NCBI GenBank assembly: GCA_964016885.1
Contig: OZ024744.1
Location: 45,756,001-45,820,000, forward strand
DNA: 64,000 bases
Direction of reading: 5' to 3'
Source of the DNA: Eledone cirrhosa
Taxonomy: Eukaryota
Shown here: one piece after another, positions 39,499 through 53,868 of the stretch
How the letters are laid out: each line of letters opens with the position of its first letter
How positions within the stretch are numbered: position 1 is the stretch's first letter
Notes under the pieces: model-generated
What the model saw: only the letters and a program-made list of their open reading frames with translations
What the model was told of the DNA's origin: nothing
The model's database searches: none
Made by a program: the position numbers and the translations under genes

Positions 39499-39539
39499 GC
39501 ATGGCGTCAGACCCTCTACCGATACTGCCAATTCACTAG

Positions 39540-40337
39540 AAAAAAATAATAAATAAAAAGTAGAAAGCATGCAGATATGCAAACAAGCTCGTACGCACAT
39601 ATATATATAAATATAAATATATATATACGTACAGACAAAAACACATGCACAAAAGGATACATACACATACATGCGTACTTACATACAAAAACACGCATAC
39701 ATACACACGATGCACATATACATACATACATGTACATCTAATCACACGCACACACGCGACCATATATATATATATATACACACACACATATATATATATA
39801 TACACATATATATATAAGTTTGTAAAAAACATATACGTAAAAGCACACATACACACACACATATATACAAACACGCACACATACGAATGCATTCGTATAC
39901 ATATACAAACACGTATATACATATATTCACACACACACACACGCATACATACATATATAAAAACCAGCGGTATGAATAAATTGGTACAAGATATACGCAA
40001 GTAAACATAAATAAAAGCGGCTGAGGGACAACAGAAAATATCTGGAGTTAAAAACACAAGTGACATGTGATATCAGGTAGTGAAAGAAAAGGGGGAAGTA
40101 AAACATGTAAAATGTTTAAGATATAAAGTAAGTGAATCAAAAAGCAGGGGATGGCGTCACTAATGGATGTGAAGTAAAAATAAAAATAAAAATAAAAATA
40201 AAAATAAAAATAAAAATAAAAATAAAAATAAAAATAAAAATAAAAATAAAAATAAAAATAAAAATAAAAATAAAAATAAAAATAAAAATAAAAATAAAAA
40301 TAAAAATAAAAATAAAAATAAAAATAAAAAAAATAAA

Positions 40338-40368
<31 letters not shown>

Positions 40369-40835
40369 TAAAAATAAAAATAAAAATAAAAATAAAAATA
40401 AATCTGAAAGAGAAGTCTGTAAAGAAGGTAACTTGAGGAAAGTGAAGAACAAGAGATTGTGGAGGATAAGTGTCTGAAAGTGAGTTAAGTTTATATGAGC
40501 TGGAAACGAAGTGTGATTTCATGTGTGGGAAACTGGGAAAATTTCTGTTTTTGTATTTAGGCAGGTTTTTGGTGATTTAAGGTTCTGTAAAATCCAAGAG
40601 TGTGCATATTTTGTTCCTCTTGTATATTCTTTAGATTGGTTCAAAATTGACCAATCTAATTTATATTGGATACCTTGGTCTTTCAAATCCCATATTCTGC
40701 TAGCCAGAGCTGTTGTAAATCTTTTTTCAGGATGTAGGAAAGATGCCACATGTGAGTAATAACGGGTTTTGAATTTGTCTTGTGTCATACCCACATATCG
40801 TTCGCTGGTGGCTAGTAGGTTGTTGGTGGTGGTTG
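39540..40835 (-). mobile_element. Penelope-like 3' fragment (GIY-YIG end plus pLTR) containing (AAAAAT)n at 40176-40400
   Basis: YVGMTQDKFKTRYYSHVASF...TALASRIWDLK; flanking sequence similar to 58450-58620. Confidence 0.75.
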
Positions 40836-40840
40836 TCACT

Positions 40841-40928
<88 letters not shown>

Positions 40929-40929
40929 C

Positions 40930-41552
40930 TTAGGAACTTACCCACGGACATACACTAAAAAAAAATGTTTTCGAACCACGCCACCTACATCCACAAAACG
41001 TATAAACACCACACACACGTACGTACCCCAATATATATACACACTCAGCCTCCGAAATCCTCTTCCTCCTCTGACCCCTCCCCATCCACACGCACACACA
41101 CACACCGATCTACACTCCACCCGACACACACCTTTTCCTGAACATGGAACCTCGTTCTTCCCCCAACTCTCAAATTCACATACACCTCCACACACACACA
41201 CGTACACCTACACACATACACTCCCTTCAGCCCTCCCCGCCTCCCTCCCCCCACTCCACCCGCCGCCACCCCTACACGCCCCACACCCTTCTTCCACTTG
41301 TTTATCTTCATGTTTATTTCTATTTTTATTATTTCTTTTTATTTGTACCCCTTCCACCGTGCCCCCCTTTTTTTCTAAATGTCTCTCCTCCACTCTCCTA
41401 CACACCCTCGGAACTCTCTTCCCACCCACTTTTCGCCTGAAGAAGGGATTATGCCCGAAACGTCGCCCCCCCCACCCCCACCCCCAAGAGCGTGAAACTA
41501 ATAAACCTTTGTTCGTACTGCCTCTCTGTTTTGTTCCCGTTCCATTTTTCAC
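40930..41552 (+). mobile_element. Probable solo pLTR with minimal hammerhead core at 41435-41466
   Basis: CTGAAGA-AGGG..CCC-GAAACGTC followed by AATAAA; (TA)n flanks; stem I only 2 bp. Confidence 0.5.
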
Positions 41553-41583
<31 letters not shown>

Positions 41584-42189
41584 TGTTATACTTTGGGAGG
41601 GTCATGTTGCCAATAAGAAACACACGCATCAGTTGCTTTCACTTCAATTTATTATAATAATTTTATAATAAATTTATAAATTTATAAATTTCTGCTTGGT
41701 TGGTTGGTTGGTTCCACAACCAGATAGTTGTTTATATATTGTCATAGTTCTTTCGTCACACACTCTGTGACCTCTTCAGTGACTGGGGATTCCTTTCTTT
41801 GTTTCTGTGCCTCTCCTTTGTTCTGTCCTACGCCATTTTATTTCTGTGTGTGTGTTGTGTGCTCAGTCTGCGCATGTGCCACATCCGGGTGTCTGTGTGT
41901 GTTTATGTTCATTTATTTATTTGTTTATTTACATGTTACTGGTTGGTTGTTTTTTCTATGTGTGTGTGTGTTTTCATTTTGTCCTTAATTGTAAGTTGTG
42001 ATGTTACTGTTCCACTCATATTTTCTATTTAATTTTGGTTGTAATTATTTTATGTTTATTGCCTCTGTAATTTGTCTAAACATTGCGTCTTTTCTGTGTG
42101 TAGATTCTATTTTTATTTCTATGTTCTCTAATTTACCCTTGTGTTCTATTTTAGCATGTTGGTGTAATAAATTGATGTGAAAGCAACTG

Positions 42190-45100
42190 GTGCGTGTGTT
42201 TCTTATTGGCAACATGACCCTCCCAAAGTATAACAATATCGGTTTCAACACACGATTTCAGATAAAGAATCTTGCTAAACAAATTCAGAAACGAAATACC
42301 GTAAGCCTTAGCCAGGCTAACAAGATACTAAAAACCACCATGTTCTGTTGTCTACGAAAAACCATAACATCTCGACAACTACACTTCATAAAAGAATGTG
42401 CCTCGTCCCGAGTTTACACCAACACCATCAACACCGACGTAAGAAGATTACAACTCACCAAAAAACAAGCAGATAGGCTAAAACGAACACTAATTCTAAA
42501 CATAAAAAAGAAGATCTATAGAGAATTAAGTCATCAAGAAAAACATAAGCGTAACCTAATACAAGAAATAGCTAGGATCACCACACGAAGAGAGAAACTA
42601 ATATTTATAAGTCTTATACGTCCTGAAGAACAGTACATTACTCAAGAATGTGATAAGCACTTTAACAAGAAACTAAAGTGGCTTATGCAGATAAAGCTAA
42701 ATCAGGATACTATAGAGAATACCAATAGATATCCCGACAAAATTGACGGTATAAATATGGTCGACACCTCATTAACAGGTGAATTCAACAACAACACAAA
42801 TATATACGGCAACACAGTAATAGATGACGATGAGATATCTGTATTATGTTTACCCCCGAAATTTGCGACATTCAAGAAGGTAAATATGATTAGTTGTCTG
42901 TCAGAAATAGAAAAAATCATTTACAAAACTACGCTGGAGCCTCAAAAACAAAAACAAAAACAAAAGCAACAATATACGCACACACATATACAACACACAT
43001 CCCAACAACAACAAACACACAGACACAAACATCAATAACAACAACACACACACCAACAACAACAACAACAATAACAACATACCCAGACACAAACAACAAC
43101 AGACACGCAGACACAAACAACAATAACAACACACACAACAATAATAACACACACGGAGACAACAACAACACACATCAACAACAGCACACATGAACAACAA
43201 CAACACACACACATTCAATGCCTCTCACCACCACCACAATCTTAACAAACACACAGACACAGAAAACAAGTAATGACAGTAGCACAGAAATCACAGAAAT
43301 AAGAGAAAGTAATAGGATTAAAAGGAGAAGGGAGACTAAGGACAAAGAAAATAACCAAGACGAACACACAGACAAACAAAATAGGGTAGATAACAACAAT
43401 GAGCCAGTGGAAAGAGACAGGAGTAATTATGAGAGACATAGAAACAACCATGAGGCTGTTGGTGGAAATAGAAATAGAAACAACACAACTAACAATAACA
43501 ATAGCACTAGTACACATAAAGCAGCAGCCTGGAACTCTACTTTTTATAATCCCTCCGATAAATCGTTCGACCTGCGACGAGTCCACGCCACGACTTTACC
43601 ATTTAACAAACGCACGCAATTGCCGTCGGAGGTCGATGAACAAACAGAAGCACAATTTAGTATAGCTAGATTCGAACTTAGAAATATTATAGAACAGTAT
43701 AGCAAGAAGCATAATAGAATGGAGGTCCAACAACTGGGAGAAAAATCTGCAAATGCAGCGCTCACGTAATGGAGAGATAGCATGCTTTCCAACAGACAAG
43801 TCTGGCAGAATGTCGGTTGACAGCCTGCCAAACTACATCCAGGCAATGCAACCCCACATCACTAACACAAGAGAGGTAACACCACAGGAGCATGAGGATA
43901 GAGAAAAAGCCCTCAATGCCCATATGGTGATGTGGACGAATATAATGCAGCCCAACAAAAGGACTGCCAACAACTTCCAGGCCTGGAACAATGACGTGCC
44001 GGCGTTGTATGGGCTTCGAAAAGATCATAAAACGGGCAGTGACCCTGTCGCGGGACCACCAACACGGCCAGTCTGTGGAGCTAACATTGCTAGTAACTAC
44101 AGACTGTCCTACTTCCTCTCCCTGATCATACGCCCCATCATTGAAATGTCCCCAGATGTATGTGACAGCACGGAGGACCTCCTCAGCAGAATCGGCGTGA
44201 GTAACCGATCTAGGGACCTAACAAACTGCATAATAGGTAGTATGGATGTTGTGTCCCTGTATCCATCTATTGACGTGGATTTTGCTGTGGAGAAATGCGT
44301 AGAAATGATCAGTGAGAGCAATGTTGAGTTCCGTGGGATTGATACCAGTGAGCTGGGACTCCTACTTAAACTTACCTATAGTAATAATTACCTAGACACA
44401 TATGACCTTAGCAATCTGTGCCCTACAAGACCAGCAAGAGGCAGACCACCTACCATTACCTCAATGGCCAAGAAAACCCACACAGATAGATGGAACGGGT
44501 GGACCAGAGCCATACGGACACCCGAAAACCACGATGAACTGAAGAAAATGATTGCACATGCGGTAGGGGCCAGCATAAAACTAACCCTTAAGGAACATAT
44601 GTTCAAATTTAATGGAAAAACATATGCCCAAGAGGAAGGAGCAGCCATTGGTGTTAGCATTGCAGGCGACATAGCTAACTTATTCATGGTATGGTGGGAC
44701 AGTAGACTTAAACTTAAACTTAAAGAACAATTAGAAGACGCCTTAACACTGATAATGTACTCCCGCTACGTTGATGATTTAAACATCGTAGTTAAGACAC
44801 CCCCACTAGAGAACAGTCAGGAACTAGAGAAAAACACAATGGAAAGCATCCAGCAAATAGCAAACTCCATCCACCAGAGCATTAGAGTTACTATAGACTA
44901 CCCAAGTAAACACCCCAACCATCGATTACCTGTACTAGACACAGAGCTCTGGTTAGATACCATTAACAACAAAAAACAAATCCTCCATTCCCATTATGCC
45001 AAACCCATGACTTCCAAACATCTGATCCACCGAAACTCGGCCGTTTCGGACCATACCAAAATCAACATACTGATTGCGGATTTGGTACGGGTGATGAGAA

Positions 45101-45880
45101 ACGTGTCCCGCATGTGCAACCCCGAAGAACTAGAGAGACACATACAACACTTCATCCACTGTATGCAGTTCTCTGGCTACAATCAGAGAGATAAAATCAG
45201 AGTGTATAGAGGAGCCAGAACCAAGTGGGAAAAAATGGTAAACAATGACATAAACGGGACCTGCCCCATGTATAGGAGCAAATTTTGGAATAGAATAGAA
45301 AGAACTAGGAACAAGGCTAATAGAATAAACTTATGTGTATGATAGCAATAAATACCAGAGAGTAATGTTCATCGATACAACCCCTAGAGGTGAATTAGCT
45401 TACAAATTTAGAAGGGCCCTAAATAAACATAAACTCAATATTAAGATAGTAGAAAGACCAGGTACCTCCGTAAAAACACTTATTAGCAAGACATACCCTT
45501 TTCAAAGACCCTCATGTATAGATAAGAAATGTATAATCTGTAAAATAAGCCCCCATATTAACTGTAAAACTAGAAATGTAGTGTATAGCATAAGATGTAC
45601 TGAAGGTCAATGTAGAGACAAAAATATAGTGTACATAGGTGAGACAGCTCGTAGTGTAGGGGAACGGATAAATGAACACTGGCGAGACCTTCAAGATAGT
45701 AAAGAATCATCTGTACTCTACCAACATGCTAAAATAGAACACAAGGGTAAATTAGAGAACATAGAAATAAAAATAGAATCTACACACAGAAAAGACGCAA
45801 TGTTTAGACAAATTACAGAGGCAATAAACATAAAATAATTACAACCAAAATTAAATAGAAAATATGAGTGGAACAGTAAC
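42190..45880 (+). pseudogene. PLE RT-GIY-YIG ORF (about 3 frameshifts, a late TAA, low-complexity ACA-rich insert)
   Basis: TDKSG, YGLRKDHK, RPVCG, MDVVSLYPSI, GAAIG, RYVDD, LPVLD; linker CIDKKCIIC; VVYSIRC...YIGET..ERINEH. Confidence 0.9.
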
Positions 45881-46099
45881 ATCACAACTTACAATTAAGG
45901 ACAAAATGAAAACACACACACACATAGAAAAAACAACCAACCAGTAACATGTAAATAAACAAATAAATAAATGAACATAAACACACACAGACACCCGGAT
46001 GTGGCGCATGCGCAGACTGAGCACACAACACACACACAGAAATAAAATGGCGTAGGACAGAACAAAGGAGAGGCACAGAAACAAAGAAAGGAATCCCCA

Positions 46100-46142
46100 G
46101 TCACTGAAGAGGTCACAGAGTGTGTGACGAAAGAACTATGAC
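46100..46142 (+). ncRNA. Minimal hammerhead ribozyme (inverted copy 41741-41783)
   Basis: GTCA-CTGAAGA-GGTCAC..GTGAC-GAAAGAACTA-TGAC. Confidence 0.75.
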
Positions 46143-46539
46143 AATATATAAATAACTATCTGGTTGTGGAACCAACCAACCAAGCAGAAATTTATAAATT
46201 TATAAATTTATTATAAATTTATTATAATAAATTGACGTGAAAGCAACTGGTGCGTGTGTTTCTTATTGGCAACATGACCCTCCCAAAGTATAACAATATC
46301 GGTTTCAACGCACGATTTCAGATAAAGAATCTTGCTAAACAAATTCAGAAACGAAATATATATACATATATATATATCGAGTGCGTGCGTGTGATTAGAT
46401 GTACATGTATGTATATGTGTATCGCGTGTATGTATGCGTGTTTTTTTATGTATGTACGCATGTATGTGTATGTATCATTTTGTGCATGTGTTTTTGTCTG
46501 TGCGTATATATATATTTATATATAGTTTTAATATAGATG

Positions 46540-46590
46540 AGATTCTACAGGACTAGAACTGTTTCATTCTTTAGAAATCATCAGGAATCT
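46540..46590 (-). ncRNA. Canonical type I hammerhead ribozyme in a solo pLTR (~46530-47015)
   Basis: AGATTC-CTGATGA-TTTC(TAAA)GAAT-GAAACAG..CTGTA-GAATCT. Confidence 0.85.
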
Positions 46591-47530
46591 GGCTGTCCAA
46601 AATAAATGTTGTGGTATTTATATCTTTTCAGGTGGTAGGAGAGAATGGGGAGTGGGGTGGGTGGAGGTCATTGGTTGAAAGAAAGGGGAATTCATTAAAA
46701 GCTAATTCTTTAAGGTTATAAATTGTATTTAGAGTGACAAAGGCAGAAAGAATTCTATAAACAAGTTCAAATTGGAGTGCCACTCCTTATTTTTAAGTTT
46801 CTCTTAAGCTAACAATGCTTATATTTCTGGTGTCTATAAGATGGTTGGGGGTTGGTCATGATTGATGGATTTAAAGAAAAGGGAAATTCTTTAAAAGCTA
46901 ATTCTTTAAAGCTCTACTTAGAGTGACAAAGGCCAATAAAATTATATAAACCACTTCAAATGTTGCGTGCCTATCATTATTGTCATGTTTCTCTTAAGCT
47001 ATATTTCAGGTGTCAACACACACACACACACACACATATATATAGTTAGGGAAGCATAAAATTGCTTATTGTGATCCAGTTCGTGGTTAAGAAAGCCAGT
47101 TTCATTGACGGTTTCAACGTACGGTTAGGAGTAACTCCACAAGTTTGTAAAAATTCCGTTTAATCTTGGAGTATAAAGTATAAAATAGAAAACACAGGTA
47201 AGCATTAAGAGAAGGATTTTATCCAGGTATTTACAACCGTTTCGTTGGTAAGTGCAACCTTATATTGCTATACTGCAAATAGCAGCCACTCAATTATAAT
47301 TGTTGTTCACGTCCAAATTTTCAAGAGCTGATTATGCAGAGCGGTTGTTGGTCAGGCAGAAATTAAAAATTAGAATTGGAGCTCTGAAATAGCAATATAT
47401 ATATGGATGTATATGTAATGTATTTTGCAATACACTTTATGCTTAATTAAAAGCATTTTGAAGACCATAAGCTATTGTTTTAAAGTAGTGACAAATTCAC
47501 TCACTTTGATCTCAGCAAATAGGGGAGATA

Positions 47531-47574
47531 AGCCGACAAGACTTGTTTCGCTTTGGTTGAAGCTTATCAAGGCC
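47531..47574 (-). ncRNA. Hammerhead with U3-A8 compensatory core (UUGAUAA)
   Basis: GGCC-TTGATAA-GCTT(CAACCA)AAGC-GAAACAAG-T-CTTGTC-GGCT. Confidence 0.65.
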
Positions 47575-48932
47575 AACTACCCCACCTGTTTACTGGAAAG
47601 GATGAAAAAGAGGAGGAGATGAGAGTAAAAAGTGGAGAGGGAGGAGTATAATGAGGAAGGATGAGATAGGAGGAGAGATGGGTGATAGAGAGAGAGAGAT
47701 AGCTTTTATAACTGAGAAAGATTTATTGTTTTACATAGAGAGGTTGAAAACCGTTGGAAGATAATGAATAAATTAAAAGAATTTGAAAATTAACGAAGAG
47801 AAAAATAATGTAAAGTTAAGGTTTGTATATTGAGGGGTTTGATAATATGTGCGATGAAAAAAGAAAATGTTAATATGTATTGAAAATAATGTTTAAGGGT
47901 TTAATAATATGTGCGATGTTAAGAAGATGTTGATATATATTATTAAAAGGAACAACAGGTTATTTAAGTAAGGAAATATTGTGAGATGAATGAGTTAGAT
48001 GAAAGGGAGAAATGAATAATGAATTGAGGATGAATAATCTAACGTTAAAAAAAATGTATATGTTTACGAAGGAATTTTACAAGGTGATATAGAGTAAGAA
48101 TGTATTGTATTATGTAATAATTGATTCTATGTTAGACAAGAGTGAGAAAAGGTACAGATTAGGGGTTAGACATTAAAAGAAAAAGAGAAGAATGAGTAGC
48201 AAGTATTATAGAATGTATAATAACCTTTGAAATAAGGTAGAAAGATGGGTATATTTTTAAAAGAAGTGTATATATATATATGTGCCTTTGAGAAAAAGAT
48301 TCTAAATTGATAAAGAATTGAATATTAGCTGTATACTTTGTGAAATGTTTTATGGAATTTATGCAAGCAGATAGAAAACAGGTCAGTGCGTCTATTTATT
48401 ATAGAATCTAAATTAGAAATAATGGTAAATTTTTCATTTAGGCAGAGATTGCAAATTTTGGACAGAGAACTGTTCAAGTATGGAGACGCAGAAGAAACCT
48501 TCTTCCAAAAGATGCTATATTTAATATTTTTGTCTTTCAAGGACCATATGAGTTCTGAGAGAGCCGTGTTGGTTCTTTTAAGTTTGTATTTAAAAGACGA
48601 ATGATGGTTATAAAGACGAGCTTTAAAATAGGTGGAAGTGGAGCCAACATAGGTGAAGGAATTTGTGTCAGTTATAACTTTACATTCGTAAATTAAGTTT
48701 TTATCAAGACAATGGTTGTTGAGAGGACATTTATTTTTAATAGGGCAATTGCAATTGCAATTAGAGAGATTATTAATGAGTGACCTAGTGTTATCTATAG
48801 AAGGAATTGGATTGGAGAAGTTATTTGCGATAGGAATAATAGTTTCTTGATTTAGAATGGGATTAAGAACATTTAGCGAAGTTGTGTTTGACGTTGTATT
48901 TGCGTTTGTAGAAATTAGCCTAGGGTTTACTT

Positions 48933-50801
48933 GGCATTGAAAAAAAGACAGAACCATTCCTCCCAAGAACTCCGAGGATAAATCTCAAGGATCACAAAAA
49001 CAATTTTCGCACTGAACTACCTGTTAGATTAATCGCCCCCTCTAAATCAGATCTGAGGGTAGTTAGTAAAGCCATCTTGGATAGAATTATCCCACAGGTT
49101 CGTTCTAATTGCTCTTCTTTGAACCTAAATTTATGGTTTGGTACTTCTGAAGTGATTAGCTGGTTCAAAGAATTGAATAATAAAAACAAACTAAAATTTG
49201 TTCAATTTGATATTGCCAGCTACTATTCTTCTATTTCGCCTTCACTTCTCAATAATGCTCTATCTTTCGCACTTAAATATTCTGACATCACCACAGATGA
49301 ACTTCACATCATTCTCACCGCACGTAAAACCATCCTAGAGTTCAACAACGAATATTGGACCAGAGCCGATACCTCTAACAACTTCGACATCACAATGGGA
49401 GCATCCGATTCATCCCAATTGACAGATTTAATTGGTATCTTTATTTTGAACTCTTTGAGTCGGAAAATTCCTCAACTTCGCGGTGGAATTTATCGTGACG
49501 ATGGACTCTTTACTATCTTAAATTGCAACATCGTTAACCTTAATATACGTAATCTCTTTAACCAACATAACCTAAAAATTTAATTTGATAACAGCATCAA
49601 ACTAGCTAATTTCTTGGATGTATCTCTTAATCTTGACACTGGACTATATTACCCTTACCATAAAAACAATGAGAATCTAAATTATGTTAACTTTAAATCT
49701 AACCATCCTACTAATATCAAGAATGCTATAGTTAGTAATATTGGAAAAAGAATATCTAACCTATCTTCTAATAAAAACATCTTTGATGCTAACGCCAATT
49801 ACTATAATAACGCGCTTTCTAAAGCCGGCTATCCTGATAAAATTAAATATAGTAAAGAAACAAATTCTAGAAGAAATTACAGTAGAATAATTAATCATGA
49901 TCATTCCAATAACTTTAATAAAAGACCTAGATACAAAAACATAATCTGGTATAATGCTCCTTTCTCCATCTCTATTAATAACAATATTTCTAAATTATTC
50001 TTTAGTGCCTTAAATAAATGCTTCCCTCCCTCACATATCTATAGTAAAATATTTAACAAACACACTGTAAAATTTTCCTATTCTACGTCCTCCAACATTT
50101 CCAACATTACCTCTAAACACAACAATAAAATACTAAATACTAAATCTCTTCCTTCCAACACTGAATATCATAATAATAGTACTCCCGACGTCATTGTAAA
50201 CCCTAGGCTAATTTCTACAAACCCAAATACAACGTCAAACACAACTTCGCTAAATGTTCTTAATCCCATTCTAAATCAAGAAACTATTATTCCTATCGCA
50301 AATAACTTCTCCAATCCAATTCCTTCTATAGATAACACTAGGTCACTCATTAATAATCTCTCTAATTGCAATTGCAATTGCCCTATTAAAAATAAATGTC
50401 CTCTCAACAACCATTGTCTTGATAAAAACTTAATTTACGAATGTAAAGTTATAACTGACACAAATTCCTTCACCTATGTTGGCTCCACTTCCACCTCTTT
50501 TAAAGCTCGTCTTTATAACCATCATTCGTCTTTTAAATACAAACTTAAAAGAACCAACACGGCTCTCTCAGAACTCATATGGTCCTTGAAAGACAAAAAT
50601 ATTAAATATAGCATCTTTTGGAAGAAGGTTTCTTCTGCGTCTCCATACTTGAACAGTTCTCTATCCAAAATTTGCAATCTCTGCCTAAATGAAAAATTTA
50701 CCATTATTTCTAATTTAGATTCTATAATAAATAGACGCACTGACCTGTTTTCTATCTGCTTGCATAAATTCCATAAAACATTTCACAAAGTATACAGCTA
50801 A
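48933..50801 (+). pseudogene. PLE D RT-GIY-YIG ORF with one in-frame TAA (49581-49583)
   Basis: LKDHK, FDIASYYSSI, TMGASDS, YRDDGL, FLDVSL, CNC..CPL..C, YVGST, CNLC, CLHK. Confidence 0.92.
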
Positions 50802-52013
50802 TATTCAATTCTTTATCAATTTAGAATCTTTTTCTCAAAGGCACATATATATATATATACACTTCTTTTAAAAATATACCCATCTTTCTACCTTATTTCA
50901 AAGGTACATTCTATAATACTTGTTACTCATTCTTCTCTTTTTCTTTTAATGTCTAACCCCTAATCTGTACCTTTTCTCACTCTTGTCTAACATAGAATCA
51001 ATTATTACATAATACAGTTCTCTATCCAAAATTTGCAATCTCTGCCTAAATGAAAAATTTACCATTATTTCTAATTTAGATTCTATAATAAATAGACGCA
51101 CTGACCTGTTTTCTATCTGCTTGCATAAATTCCATAATACATTTCACAAAGTATACAGCTAATATTCAATTCTTTATCAATTTAGAATCTTTTTCTCAAA
51201 GGCACATATATATATATATACACTTCTTTTAAAAATATACCCATCTTCTACCTTATTTCAAAGGTACATTCTATAATACTTGTTACTCATTCTTCTCTTT
51301 TTCTTTTAATGTCTAACCCCTAATCTGTACCTTTTCTCACTCTTGTCTAACATAGAATCAATTATTACATAATACAATACATTCTTACTCTATATCACCT
51401 TGTAAAATTCCTTCGTAAACATATACATTTTTTTTAACGTTAGATTATTCATCCTCAATTCATTATTCATTTCTCCCTTTCATCTAACTCATTCATCTCA
51501 CAATATTTCCTTACTTAAATAACCTGTTGTTCCTTTTAATAATATATATCAACATCTTCTTAACATCGCACATATTATTAAACCCTTAAACATTATTCTC
51601 AATACATATTAACATTTTCTTTTTTCATCGCACATATTATCAAACCCCTCAATATACAAACCTTAACTTTACATTATTTTTTTCTTCGTTAATTTTCAAA
51701 TTCTTTTAATTTATTCATTATCTTCCAACGGTTTTCAACCTCTCTATGTAAAACAATATATCTTTCTCAGTTATAAAAGCTATCTCTCTCTCTCTATCAC
51801 CCATCTCTCCTCCTATCTCATCCTTCCTCATTATACTCCTCCCTCTCCACTTTTTACTCTCATCTCCTCCTCTTTTTCATTCTTTCCACCCCCCCCCTTC
51901 TAAATAAAATATTTTTCCCAATATCACACATCAATCTAAAAGTACTTCTCATATGTTGATTTAAAACTGAACTATCCACAAGTGTTTTTTAACCTTCATA
52001 TCATCTCTTCATG

Positions 52014-52080
52014 TTTTATCTGATGAAAACACAAATATTATTGCATGATGATATTTGTTTTTGAAATGCGCATAATAAAA
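52014..52080 (+). ncRNA. Hammerhead ribozyme in the PLE D pLTR (homologue at 58679-58749)
   Basis: TTTTAT-CTGATGA-long stem II-GAA-ATGCGCAT-A-ATAAAA; palindromic stem III. Confidence 0.85.
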
Positions 52081-52746
52081 TACATGGAACTCTTTTAACC
52101 ATCTTTTGTTCTTATATATTATGTATACTCCAGTCCTACAAATTGTAGAGTGCTTATTATCCGATATCTGCATTGCTTTATTGTACTACAATAAAACTCA
52201 CCTCCTACATTATATATTTATATATATATATGTATATATATACAATATATTAACAAATGGAAACTATATTTATAAAACCATATTTATTTCATTATACATA
52301 TTTCAAGGGCCACCAAGGTAAACTATGGTGCGCTTTCATGAGATAAAATATAATGTAGGTTAGTTTTATAAATAAATAAGGGATTATTCAAATAAGGGAT
52401 TCTTCTTCTTACAAATAAGGGATTATTCTTCTGTAAACTCTCGGAATTTCCATGAGCTTAGAAATATTCGGATATTTTAAACTTACAAATTTTTTTAAAT
52501 AATTAATTAATAAATTATAAAATTATATATGGTTTTGTAATAATAACATATTTTCTAATAATATATATTTTAATATAATATATTCTTTAATAATCTAACA
52601 TACAAATTTAAACTACGGATTGAATTGATAAATTATTAATTAAACATTTAATCAAATTTATTAATTAAACATTAGATAAAATTCTTGAACTTATCATTAT
52701 AATGAATCCGGATATTATTATTTATCCAGGCTGTGGATTTATCCAG

Positions 52747-52940
52747 GGCGGTGGAGTAGCAGTATCGGTAGAGGGTCAGACGCCATGCTTTCCAGCATAG
52801 TTACGTCCCTTTACGATCTGAGTTCAAATCCCGCCGAGGTTGACTTTGCTTTTCATCCTTACGGGGTCGATAAAATAAAGTACCAGTAATGCACTGGGTA
52901 ATTGCTGGCCTTGTGCCTAAAGTAGAAACAATTATTATTT
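52747..52940 (+). mobile_element. Full-length tRNA-derived SINE copy
   Basis: Closely similar to 6258-6442; A and B boxes; ATT tail. Confidence 0.9.
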
Positions 52941-53274
52941 ATCCACGCTTTATTATTTATTGTTTATCCATGCTACAGTATTCATCCACGCTATATTCAT
53001 TTCTTCGCCTCTTCTCTCAAAACTACGCTATTCTCTCTCACTTAAATATACTCAGCTTTTTTTCTCTTTCTTTCTTTCGTTTTTTCTCTTTCTTTCTTTT
53101 TTCCCTATTCCAACGGCTTAATTTAAATATACTGTTATTTAAACCTTTCCGACACTAATTTTCATAATAAACCAACAATAAATCTAATAACTCCACTATC
53201 CAGGAGATTCCAACCAGAATGGTTGCATTTTTTCAAGATATGTCAATATCTATTTATAAAACTAACCTATATTA

Positions 53275-53340
53275 TATTTTATCTGATGAAAGCGCACCAT
53301 AGTTTGTCTTGGTGGCCCTTGAAATATGTATAATGAAATA
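53275..53340 (+). ncRNA. Hammerhead ribozyme in a pLTR; inverted partner at ~52283-52352 has a mutated core (CTCATGA)
   Basis: TTTTAT-CTGATGA-AAG.GCACCA..TGGTG.CCTT-GAAATATGTATA-ATGAAA. Confidence 0.75.
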
Positions 53341-53493
53341 AATATGGTTTTATAAATATAGTTTCCATTTGTTAATATATTATATATTTACTCCAATAAT
53401 TTGTTGAGTGCTTTATATCAGTTATAAAAATATTTTGCTTGTTGTATCCCAACAAATTAAATATAACCTCTACACACACATATATATAAATAT

Positions 53494-53868
<375 letters not shown>

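Larger units (their letters stand above)
41640..46357 (+). mobile_element. Near full-length Penelope-like element C with inverted 5' pLTR and partial tandem 3' end
   Basis: ~41645-42165 is an inverted copy of ~45720-46232; 46236-46357 repeats 42176-42297. Confidence 0.92.
47595..52240 (+). mobile_element. Penelope-like element D (tentatively Nematis-like), 5'-truncated, 1.3-kb inverted pLTR, ~360-bp internal tandem duplication
   Basis: 47595-48930 is inverted relative to 50196-51888; 50654-51014 is repeated at 51015-51374. Confidence 0.92.

Noticed and set aside
47225-47335. Possible second U3-A8 hammerhead on the minus strand (TTGAAAA...CGAAAC)
   Set aside because: Stem I and the cleavage triplet cannot be formed convincingly
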